Below, in pieces: positions 8,129 to 15,269 of a stretch of DNA of 15,269 bases. Every line of letters begins with the position of its first letter. Position 1 is the first letter of the stretch. A model generated the notes under the pieces. It saw only the letters and a program-made list of their open reading frames with translations. It ran no database searches and was not told where the DNA came from. Origin of the DNA: an uncultured bacterium (GTDB lineage Bacteria > Abyssobacteria > SURF-5); contig CAZEBC010000012.1 in the NCBI GenBank assembly GCA_964510165.1, forward strand, positions 2,448 through 17,716, in the 5' to 3' direction. The translations under genes and the position numbers were made by a program.

Positions 8129-9690
8129 ACCAGCCAACCGCAATCCAGCCTGCCAGCGCATCTTCGGGCCAGTCGGCCCTCCTTCGCATAGAATTCGCGT
8201 GCATGCTATTATTCATGTTCCTGACCTTGTTGGTCGGTCTCGAGATAATCACCAGTCGGTTTGAGGGGACGCCCACCTATCCCGTGGACAGCTACTTCTA
8301 TCTCTCCAAGGGCGAACAATTGGCAAAGGGAAACGGCCTCACAACTACCTGGAATGATGGATTCGACCGAAAGTATTTTCCGGGTTACTCGCTTCTGCTC
8401 ACTGCGGTCTCTCATATTGAGGACTCGGTCATTCTTCTGCAAGGGATAGCTTACCTGGCCTGCGGGATTTTGCTGGGGTACATGGTTCTCGTGTGCAATT
8501 TCGAGCGTCCGCTTGCCTTCTTGGCCATGACCGCCCTTTGGGCAAATCCGATCTCCCTCAAATGGTTCTCTCTCCCGATGGCTGAGGGCGCCGCGCTGAT
8601 GCTATGTCTCACGTCCATCTTGGTCGCCGTTCTCACGCGCGGATATCTCGGCTTTCTTCTCGCGTGCGCGATTGGCGGATTCGCAGCCATCACGCGGATG
8701 GAGGCGGTTTTCCTATTGCCGGTTTTCGCAGTCCATCTTATCTCAGGAGAAAAGGAGAGGAAGGCGTGGCGGACCATGACGGCAGGCGCCGCGCTTTTCA
8801 TTGCGCCGCTTGCCGCGTATTGGCTGTGGGTGCGCTCCGCGGCAGGCGAAAGCCCCGCCTATGTGCATGAATTTCTCCAGACCTTCAAAGGGGCCCGCCT
8901 GCTTGAGAATTTCGCCTACAATGTCTGGGTCCCGTTCGGATTCATGCATCGGCCGAATAGGCTGATCGCCGGACAAGGGCTGATTTCAGCAGCCGGGGTT
9001 GCCGCGATCACGTGGTTCCTAGTCGGAGAGGTCGTTTTTCTCATGGGACTGGTCTGGGCCGTTTTGGGAAAACTTAACAAACAGGCACGAGCATCGGCGT
9101 GGCTCTTTCTGGCGTATGCATTCTTTCACTCTTTCTGGTATTACCGGTATGAGCGATTCATGCTGATGGCGCTTCCGATGGCCATTATTGTGTGGATGGC
9201 GGCGGTCGGGAAGGTGGCCTCCTTCATCAGGAAGGAAGGTTCCTTGTGGCCGATGGTCCTGGCGCAGGCACTGGTTGCCGCCAGTGGGCTATACATCGGT
9301 AATTACTACGGTAAGGTTCACATTGAGGAACTTCAGGCTGACACATCGCGGCTGCCATTCCAGGATATCGCCCGCACCGTGAACCAGGTGAATACGATGC
9401 GCTCGCCTGTGCTTACCGACCTTGGGCCGCATCTCGCTTATTATCTGGACGCGCATTCCTATCTGGACAGCAAGTATGCTAATTACTGGCAAAGAGCTTT
9501 TCCGCCCGAGCAAGCGATGGAAGAAATGGAGCGATTGGGAATCAGGCTGGTCGTGACTCGGAAGGATGTCGGTGAGTGGCTCGATAGACACAAGATTCCG
9601 CCGGACGCGAGAGAGAGGTTCAAGGCCGCAGAGATCCTGCCCAACGGCGTGACCCTGATTGAGTTCGACACTCAACCACGCGGTGAGTGA
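8125..9690 (+). CDS. GT-C-fold membrane glycosyltransferase (PMT/ArnT-like)
   Basis: Polytopic membrane protein with DSYFYLSKGEQLAKGNG in the first external loop, FPGYSLLL, MAEG, TRME, YERFML and a soluble C-terminal domain. GTG start overlaps the upstream TGA (GTGA). Confidence 0.75.
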   Translation: MNQPTAIQPASASSGQSALLRIEFACMLLFMFLTLLVGLEIITSRFEGTPTYPVDSYFYLSKGEQLAKGNGLTTTWNDGFDRKYFPGYSLLLTAVSHIEDSVILLQGIAYLACGILLGYMVLVCNFERPLAFLAMTALWANPISLKWFSLPMAEGAALMLCLTSILVAVLTRGYLGFLLACAIGGFAAITRMEAVFLLPVFAVHLISGEKERKAWRTMTAGAALFIAPLAAYWLWVRSAAGESPAYVHEFLQTFKGARLLENFAYNVWVPFGFMHRPNRLIAGQGLISAAGVAAITWFLVGEVVFLMGLVWAVLGKLNKQARASAWLFLAYAFFHSFWYYRYERFMLMALPMAIIVWMAAVGKVASFIRKEGSLWPMVLAQALVAASGLYIGNYYGKVHIEELQADTSRLPFQDIARTVNQVNTMRSPVLTDLGPHLAYYLDAHSYLDSKYANYWQRAFPPEQAMEEMERLGIRLVVTRKDVGEWLDRHKIPPDARERFKAAEILPNGVTLIEFDTQPRGE

Positions 9691-9695
9691 GCGGG

Positions 9696-10145
9696 TTACC
9701 GATTCCTGATCGTCCAGATGTCGTCCAGTTCGTCAATGCCTTTGCGGAGTTCATCGGGGTCTTTGGGGTTATAAGGCTCGGTCGGAATATTGATGAGGTA
9801 ACTCATCTCGCTCAGCCCCATCTGGCCGTGCCACACCATCGTCGGAATGATGAGCAGCACGTCTTCTCCTTCCTCTCCGAGGATGAACACGTTGTATTCG
9901 CCGCGCGTGGGGCTGCCGGGCCGGTCATCGAAGAGGCCTATCTTCGCCGTTCCCTTCACCACGTAGAAATGGTCGGTTTGCTTTTGATGGCAATGCCATG
10001 CCTTTATGACATTGCGACGGCAGGAGGCCACGTATATCTGGCCGAATTTGTTGAAATGCGGGGAGTCGGACCGCAGTATCTCGGTCACATAGCCGCGATC
10101 ATCCGGATGTCGCACAAGAGGTATTTTCTTCACGCCGTTGATCAT
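9696..10145 (-). CDS. dTDP-4-dehydrorhamnose 3,5-epimerase family protein (short RmlC-like cupin)
   Basis: Motifs DDRGYVTE, IKAWHCHQKQTD, DDRPGSPTRG and LIIPTMVWHG. RBS AAGAGGAAG lies upstream of the ATG. Confidence 0.9.
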   Translation of the reverse strand: MINGVKKIPLVRHPDDRGYVTEILRSDSPHFNKFGQIYVASCRRNVIKAWHCHQKQTDHFYVVKGTAKIGLFDDRPGSPTRGEYNVFILGEEGEDVLLIIPTMVWHGQMGLSEMSYLINIPTEPYNPKDPDELRKGIDELDDIWTIRNR

Positions 10146-10196
10146 GTCTCGCTTCCTCTTTCGCTCTAGTCCGCTTTCTGGTCACGCTGGAAAGGC

Positions 10197-10226
10197 ATTG
10201 TAGCAGAAGGCGCGCGGGTATTGCAA
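10197..10226 (-). promoter_or_regulatory. Sigma70-type promoter with extended -10 for the RmlC-like gene
   Basis: The - strand reads TTGCAA (10226-10221), an 18-bp spacer ending in TGC, then TACAAT (10202-10197). Confidence 0.6.
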
Positions 10227-10245
10227 TTGCATGATTGTTTGCAAG

Positions 10246-11685
10246 TCAATCTCTGTCCAGGACGTGTTTGACTTGTTCCGCGGCTTTGTCAGCCGAGATG
10301 ACGGCCTCGGGGAAACGGGTGACCGGACCAACGTATTCGGCGTTTGCGAAGAAGATGTTGTCGAAGGGCTTTCCGAGGTTCGGGAGAACGTCGGTCATGT
10401 AACCGGGGTAGGGAACACAGTAGTTCATGGTACGACAGAAGGCGTGGATGGCCTTCACCTTTTCGATCGCGCCCGGGAAATGAAGGTCGAGTTCGCCGAG
10501 CATCCGCGCCGCCATTCGAAGCATCGCATCCCGGTCCTGGACGAGGTCGACGTGTTCGGGCGCCATCTTGTTGAAGCAGGTGAATATGTTCGGGCGATTC
10601 GGGCCTTTGTCGCGGCTGAACCAGTCGGGCACGGTGACGGCTTGCATCGCGCAATGCATCACGCCCACACGGTATCCCGTCCGATAGATCGGCTCGCGGG
10701 AGCAGAACGTGAATGTGGGATAGCTGAACCTTCGCATGGCGTTCATCGCGTCTCTCGTCGGGTTCGGGATATCCTCGATGATCTGCTTCGCGATGTTGGC
10801 CTCCGCGCTCACAACCGCAGCCCGTGCGCGAACCGTGGTGACATTTCCATCCTGCCAATATGTGGCCAGCACGCGGCCATCGTCGTCGCGGCGGACCTTA
10901 TAGACAAACGCGCCGGTCAGGAGCCTGCCTGCGGCCTTCTCGTTGATCTTCTGCGCGAGCGTGCGGGTGATAAGCCCGAGTCCGCCCGGAAACGAGCAAA
11001 TTCCCTCGGAGCCCGCGTAATCCTCATCCTGCGCGGAGGTGATGGCATAGTAGGCCGAGACGCCGTCAACGCTCGGGTACGGCTTGGCGATGCCGTCGTA
11101 CCACCGCCTGAACTCCGGCGAGTATTTCTTCAGAAACTCCGAGAAGGGCGTCCGGTCGAGTTCTTCCTTGCGATTCTCGACATCTATTTTGGGCATGTCG
11201 AGGAGGTAAAACCGGACGATATCGCGCTTGACCCGCCAAGGAAGCGGCATGCGGATGAATCCGAACAGGCTATAGGGGTTCTTCGTCTGGATATTATTGG
11301 GGAACGCGAGGACCAGCGGGCTGGTGTCTGGCTGGGGCGTGAGGTTCAACTCGCGGCACAGGTCCCATACCGGGTCCGCCCATGTGCCGGGCGCGCCGAT
11401 GTATTGACCCCCAAGTGAGAAGGGTATCCCCTCCCATTCGGAGTATGTCGAGTTGCCGCCTATTTCGGGGAGCGCCTCGAGCAGGAGGATATTCCGATCC
11501 CTGAGCCGATACGCGGCGGTGAGCCCTGCCGCTCCGCCGCCGACTATGACAACGTCCACGTCGCGAGTGGGTTCCGGCACGCCGGTGAGCCTGCCCTCGC
11601 GGAACATGCGATTGGGATTATCGGGAAAGACCTCGCCATGGAAGGTGATTATCTCCTCGATTTTTTTCAGGGGAACGTTGCGCAT
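10246..11685 (-). CDS. FAD-dependent oxidoreductase (flavin amine oxidase / protoporphyrinogen oxidase-like superfamily)
   Basis: Dinucleotide-binding motif DVVIVGGGAAGLTAAY..LLLEA..IGG, plus LGGQY, FPGGLG and a C-terminal NIFFANAEY..EAVISADKAA. Confidence 0.9.
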   Translation of the reverse strand: MRNVPLKKIEEIITFHGEVFPDNPNRMFREGRLTGVPEPTRDVDVVIVGGGAAGLTAAYRLRDRNILLLEALPEIGGNSTYSEWEGIPFSLGGQYIGAPGTWADPVWDLCRELNLTPQPDTSPLVLAFPNNIQTKNPYSLFGFIRMPLPWRVKRDIVRFYLLDMPKIDVENRKEELDRTPFSEFLKKYSPEFRRWYDGIAKPYPSVDGVSAYYAITSAQDEDYAGSEGICSFPGGLGLITRTLAQKINEKAAGRLLTGAFVYKVRRDDDGRVLATYWQDGNVTTVRARAAVVSAEANIAKQIIEDIPNPTRDAMNAMRRFSYPTFTFCSREPIYRTGYRVGVMHCAMQAVTVPDWFSRDKGPNRPNIFTCFNKMAPEHVDLVQDRDAMLRMAARMLGELDLHFPGAIEKVKAIHAFCRTMNYCVPYPGYMTDVLPNLGKPFDNIFFANAEYVGPVTRFPEAVISADKAAEQVKHVLDRD

Positions 11686-11732
11686 CGGTTCTCCGCGCGG
11701 GTGGCCCTTGTTGCGACGCTATGTGGACGCGC

Positions 11733-11758
11733 GGGCGGCCACGCAGGGCCGCCCCTAC
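11733..11758 (-). repeat. GTAG-type REP-like hairpin
   Basis: The - strand reads GTAG-GGGCGGCC-CTGCGT-GGCCGCCC, a perfect 8-bp stem with a 6-nt loop. Its TAG is the stop codon of the MmgE/PrpD gene. Confidence 0.8.
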
Positions 11759-13125
11759 AGCAATTTACACAGATGCGAGATGTCGTCGAGCGCCTCGATG
11801 TTCCGTATCAGTTCGATCGCGTGGCTGACCTTGTCCTCGGGACGGACCTTCAGCGCCTCCGTCCTAAATTTCTCCGAGACATCGTACGGTCGGCTGGGAG
11901 CGCCCTTCACGGTCGGGACGGTTTTCTCGAAGACTCTGCCATCGTCCATCGAGATGGTCACGACTGCGCCGAGGTTTCCTTCGTTGACATACGCTGAGGT
12001 CAGCATGATGTCGGCCTCGCACCTGATTTTCTTGATGACGCCGTGGATGACGGGGTCAAACAGCCGTTCATCGGTCCATTGCCTCGGCGTGAGTTCCCTG
12101 TCCACGATGGCGGCCGCGACCGGATAGGTCAGCTCGAAAAGCAGAGGGATATACGTGCAGTCGTGGCGGGTCCGGAGTTTCTCGAAATATTCGTCAACCA
12201 GCCACATGGTGCCCGCCATCGCCGCCTGCGTGGGAACCTTGACCACGACTTCCTTTATACGGCCGGGATCAATGTCATTCTCGGTGGCGAGATCAATGGC
12301 GGCCTCGACCTGCGCGAGGGTCCACCCGCACACCGGATAGGACTTGTTCACGAGACGCTCGGTCCACCAGACTCCGCCGAGGTCTTTGGTGAGTTCATCG
12401 TAAAGCGGCCTCTCGCACACGAGCGTGAGATACCCGAGCGGGTCTTCGAGCGGTTCGTGAAATCCGGTGAACCCTTCCCTCGCGACACACGAAGCGGTGA
12501 CACCGGCAAGCACCGGCATCGCGCTCAGGTAGGCCTTCGCGTGGCTCACCCACCCGCTGAGCAGCGTGACCTGCACCTGAGTGAGCGCGCCGCCGATGGC
12601 ATCGAGATACGTGTCCAGATCGAGCTTCATCAGCTTGCCCGCCACAAACGGAACGACGGCCTGATACACCGGGATGGCGTTGCCCATCCGTATTCCTTGA
12701 TGCGCGGCGTAACCGACGCGTCCGCCGACCTCGTTACCCACGACGACCGCCTCGATGAGTTGCTTGCCCGATACCCCGAACGATTCGCCAACCGAAAGGG
12801 CCGTTGGTATTATCGCCGCGCCCACGTGCGAATACGGAAAAATGGCGTCTTCATACTCCAGAAGTTGTCCCAGCACCGAGTTGGCGAACGCCGCGCTGCG
12901 CATGCTCGCTTTGAAGCCGCCGCCCCAAACGGTGGCCTCGTTTCTGTCACCCCACGACCTCACGACCGAGAGGATCGCCTTTCCGGGGGGGATGGTCGAG
13001 GCCGCCAGGCCGGCGCCGAGCAAGCCGAAAATCTGGTCCTTGGCCTGTTTGACCGAGAAAGGAGGGATATCGTCATACTTGAGATTGAGCGCCCATCGGG
13101 CCAGAATCTGCGTTGTTTTTTCCAT
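11755..13125 (-). CDS. MmgE/PrpD family protein
   Basis: Motifs AAFANSVLGQLLEYED, SHVGAAIIPTAL, AREGFTG, KSYPVC, KGAPSRP and EKF. The ATG at 13125 has an AAGGGGGT RBS. The ORF track starts at GTG 13134. Confidence 0.92.
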   Translation of the reverse strand: MEKTTQILARWALNLKYDDIPPFSVKQAKDQIFGLLGAGLAASTIPPGKAILSVVRSWGDRNEATVWGGGFKASMRSAAFANSVLGQLLEYEDAIFPYSHVGAAIIPTALSVGESFGVSGKQLIEAVVVGNEVGGRVGYAAHQGIRMGNAIPVYQAVVPFVAGKLMKLDLDTYLDAIGGALTQVQVTLLSGWVSHAKAYLSAMPVLAGVTASCVAREGFTGFHEPLEDPLGYLTLVCERPLYDELTKDLGGVWWTERLVNKSYPVCGWTLAQVEAAIDLATENDIDPGRIKEVVVKVPTQAAMAGTMWLVDEYFEKLRTRHDCTYIPLLFELTYPVAAAIVDRELTPRQWTDERLFDPVIHGVIKKIRCEADIMLTSAYVNEGNLGAVVTISMDDGRVFEKTVPTVKGAPSRPYDVSEKFRTEALKVRPEDKVSHAIELIRNIEALDDISHLCKLL

Positions 13126-13140
13126 GGTGACCACCCCCTT

Positions 13141-13518
13141 TCACTTCGGCATTGGCCGCATGAGCGCGAGCAACTGGATGATGATGCCGAGGCGGAGGTG
13201 GATGAGCGTCTCATCCAAGGTTGTCCGCATCTTGCCGCGCATGGCAAGCGTGAGGAAATTGGCCTTTCCCGCGAGCAAATCGCGCCAACTCAGCGCGTCG
13301 GTCCTGAAGCGAGCGTGCGCCCGTTTGTCTTCCCCTTCGGAGAGGGTTGCCTCAGAATCGGTCAGCGTGAGCACATACTTCTCGCCCTCGGTCGTCTGAC
13401 AATTGATTGTTCGATTCAGAAGGGGTTCGACGAGGTAGTTGGTCTTGAGCATTCCGATCATGCTGTTCCAATTGTCGCAGAAATGCTCCAGACCGGCACG
13501 GATGGTCGGGACGGGCAT
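13141..13518 (-). CDS. SCP2 sterol-binding-domain-like protein
   Basis: 125 aa with the SCP2-type C-terminal pattern D..W.DLL.GK.N...LAMRGKM. RBS AAGGAGGT lies upstream of the ATG. Confidence 0.72.
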   Translation of the reverse strand: MPVPTIRAGLEHFCDNWNSMIGMLKTNYLVEPLLNRTINCQTTEGEKYVLTLTDSEATLSEGEDKRAHARFRTDALSWRDLLAGKANFLTLAMRGKMRTTLDETLIHLRLGIIIQLLALMRPMPK

Positions 13519-13560
13519 ATGAAGACCTCCTTCCCCAGACTGGCTCGCGACTGTAGCGGG

Positions 13561-13605
13561 CGGTTACATGGGGACACCACGCGGCATGATGTCCCCATAT
13601 AACCG
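13561..13605. repeat. GGGGACA...TGTCCCC inverted repeat (16-bp stem) downstream of the RNase G gene
   Basis: cggttacatggggaca (13561-13576) pairs with tgtccccatataaccg (13590-13605) at 15/16 positions. The single mismatch is a G-U pair in the - strand transcript. There is no U-tract. Confidence 0.75.
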
Positions 13606-13610
13606 GTGAC

Positions 13611-15188
13611 TCAACTGAAATCGGGCAACTCTGTCGATTTTGTGGCGGTGATTGAAAAGAACTCGAGGTGACAATCCGCCGATGCCTCAAGGGTGATCTC
13701 GCGCCCGTACTTTTTTTCAAGCTTTGCGATGGCGTCCGACTGGGTTGCCCGCAACCTCTCTATGACGTCTCGATGGGCCGTCAACTTGATGGACTTTTGG
13801 CCGTCCTCCCTGCACTGCTTTTCGAGTTGCCTGAGCGCCTGAATCATCGTAGTCGTTGCCGACTTGACCCAACCGGTGCCCTCGCAATAGGGACACGGCT
13901 CGCACAGTGAAGGCGTAAGGCTGAGCTTGACGCGCTTTCGCGTCATTTGAATAATCCCGAGTTCAGTAACTCCGAAGATATAGGTCTTCGAGCGGTCAGC
14001 CTTGAAAGCTTCCTGAAACTCCTTAAGCAGTTTCTGACGGTTGGCGGGGCGCTCCATGTCGATGAAGTCCACCAGTATGATTCCGCCGATATCGCGAAGC
14101 CTTATCTGACGCGCGATCTCCTTAGCCGCTTCGAGGTTTGTCTTGAGGACGGTGTCCTCGAGCTTCAGTTTGCCCGTGAACTTGCCGGTGTTTACGTCGA
14201 CAGTGGTGAGCGCCTCGGACTGGTCAATGACAATGTAGCCGCCGCTCGGAAGCCATACCTTCTTTCGCAATGCTTTTTCTATTTGCGATTCCAAGTCGTA
14301 CTTCTCGAACAGAGGCACGTGCTCCCGGTACAGCTCAACCCGGTCTTTCAGATGGGGAGCAAGAGTTTCGAGCAGGTTAAGGACGGTGTCGTAGTCGGGC
14401 TTGGAGTCTATTATGAACTTGTCGATACCGTCGTTAAAGACGTCACGCACCACTCGGGCGACCTGCCCGAGGTCCTGATGCAACAGGGAAGGAGCCGGCA
14501 TGCTCTCCATTCTGCGTAAGATTTTCTGCCACAGGCTGGTCAGATACTTCACGTCGGCCTCGATCTCTTCCTGACCCTTTCCCTCGCCGAGCGTGCGAAC
14601 GATCAGGCCGAGGCCGGGCGGCCTGACCTTTGAGGCGATCTTGCGCAGGCGGTCCCGTTCCTTGTCCTCCTCGATCTTGCGGGAAACCCCGAGATGATTC
14701 ACCGTGGGCATAAGAACGAGGTACCGGCCAGGCAGCGAGACATAATTGGTGAGGCGCATTCCCTTTTGCCCCATCGGTTCCTTCGCCACCTGCACCATAA
14801 TTTCCTGCCCGCGCTTGAGCATGTCCTCAATCCGCGCTTTTCGCTTGCGCCTGCGCGGGCGGAACTCTTCCTCGTATTCACCCTCATCCAAGTCTTCGTC
14901 GTATTCATCGAGAACGTCGGTCACATCGGATATGTACAAAAAGCCGTTCTTCTCCTGCCCGACATCTACAAAGGCGGCCTCGATTCCAGGGACGACGCTC
15001 TTCACCACGCCCTTGTAAATGTTACCGACTAGCCGCCGCTTTGATGTTCTCTCGATGAAGATCTCGGCCAGCTGACCATCCTCGATCAGCGCTATTCTGG
15101 TCTCTCGCGAATCGACGCTCGCCACAAGTTCCCGGGTTGATTTCGCTTTCTTGTTACCTCTTGTCTTCCTCCTAGTGTGCTTTCTCAT
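13611..15188 (-). CDS. rng: Ribonuclease G (Rne/Rng family)
   Basis: Motifs VGNIYKG, AAFVDVG, QVAKEPMGQKGMRLT, SLPGRYLV, DVNTGK, LRDIGGIILVDFIDM, QMTRKR and the Zn-link CPYCEGTG. At 525 aa it lacks the long RNase E C-terminal scaffold. Confidence 0.95.
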   Translation of the reverse strand: MRKHTRRKTRGNKKAKSTRELVASVDSRETRIALIEDGQLAEIFIERTSKRRLVGNIYKGVVKSVVPGIEAAFVDVGQEKNGFLYISDVTDVLDEYDEDLDEGEYEEEFRPRRRKRKARIEDMLKRGQEIMVQVAKEPMGQKGMRLTNYVSLPGRYLVLMPTVNHLGVSRKIEEDKERDRLRKIASKVRPPGLGLIVRTLGEGKGQEEIEADVKYLTSLWQKILRRMESMPAPSLLHQDLGQVARVVRDVFNDGIDKFIIDSKPDYDTVLNLLETLAPHLKDRVELYREHVPLFEKYDLESQIEKALRKKVWLPSGGYIVIDQSEALTTVDVNTGKFTGKLKLEDTVLKTNLEAAKEIARQIRLRDIGGIILVDFIDMERPANRQKLLKEFQEAFKADRSKTYIFGVTELGIIQMTRKRVKLSLTPSLCEPCPYCEGTGWVKSATTTMIQALRQLEKQCREDGQKSIKLTAHRDVIERLRATQSDAIAKLEKKYGREITLEASADCHLEFFSITATKSTELPDFS

Positions 15189-15269
15189 CAGTTCTCACCT
15201 GTGGGGGGTCCCATTAAACCGTATCTCGGTGCGCTTCACTCGCAAGCGTTTCGCGGCGTCCGGGGACAT

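Noticed and set aside
9687..10169. 160-aa + strand ORF that appears coupled to the GT-C stop (GTGA)
   Set aside because: It lies fully antisense to the RmlC-like gene, which has clear motifs, an RBS and a promoter.
10231..11418. 395-aa + strand ORF opposite the FAD oxidoreductase
   Set aside because: Antisense shadow with no family motifs.
11755..13125. Assigning prpD
   Set aside because: Family-level motifs only, and there is no methylcitrate-cycle context.
12043..13602. 519-aa + strand ORF antisense to the MmgE/PrpD and SCP2 genes
   Set aside because: It overlaps two motif-supported genes and has Arg/His-rich shadow-frame composition.
13561..13605. Intrinsic terminator call for the hairpin after rng
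   Set aside because: No poly-U tract on either side and a 13-nt loop, so it is reported as an inverted repeat.
1..15269. CRISPR array, tRNA/rRNA, transposase, phage or defence genes
   Set aside because: No regularly spaced repeats or relevant motifs were seen, and the intergenic spaces are short.

Overview
GC-rich bacterial window with 11 well-supported CDS in two convergent blocks, and no rRNA, tRNA, CRISPR array or transposase. The + strand block (61-9690) concerns envelope or glycolipid modification. Its first operon encodes a UPF0104/LPG-synthase-TM (flippase-like) protein, an 876-aa protein with a QW-like alpha-barrel motif, a membrane GT2 glycosyltransferase and a B12-binding radical SAM enzyme. 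After a sigma70-like promoter come a GYF_2 + B-box + DUF4190-like TM + TPR protein and, coupled to it by a GTGA overlap, a GT-C-fold glycosyltransferase. The - strand block (15188 to 9696) encodes RNase G/E, an SCP2-like protein, an MmgE/PrpD protein, an FAD oxidoreductase and an RmlC-like cupin with its own promoter. Several short palindromic repeat types are present: GTAG-type REP-like hairpins (one supplies a stop codon), a GGGGACA..TGTCCCC hairpin, and a CCCTCACCC..GGGTGAGGG element read in frame inside the 876-aa gene. The best candidates for undescribed systems are the hpnL/I/J-like four-gene operon and the GYF/B-box/TPR + GT-C pair. All family assignments come from motif recognition by eye, not database searches.
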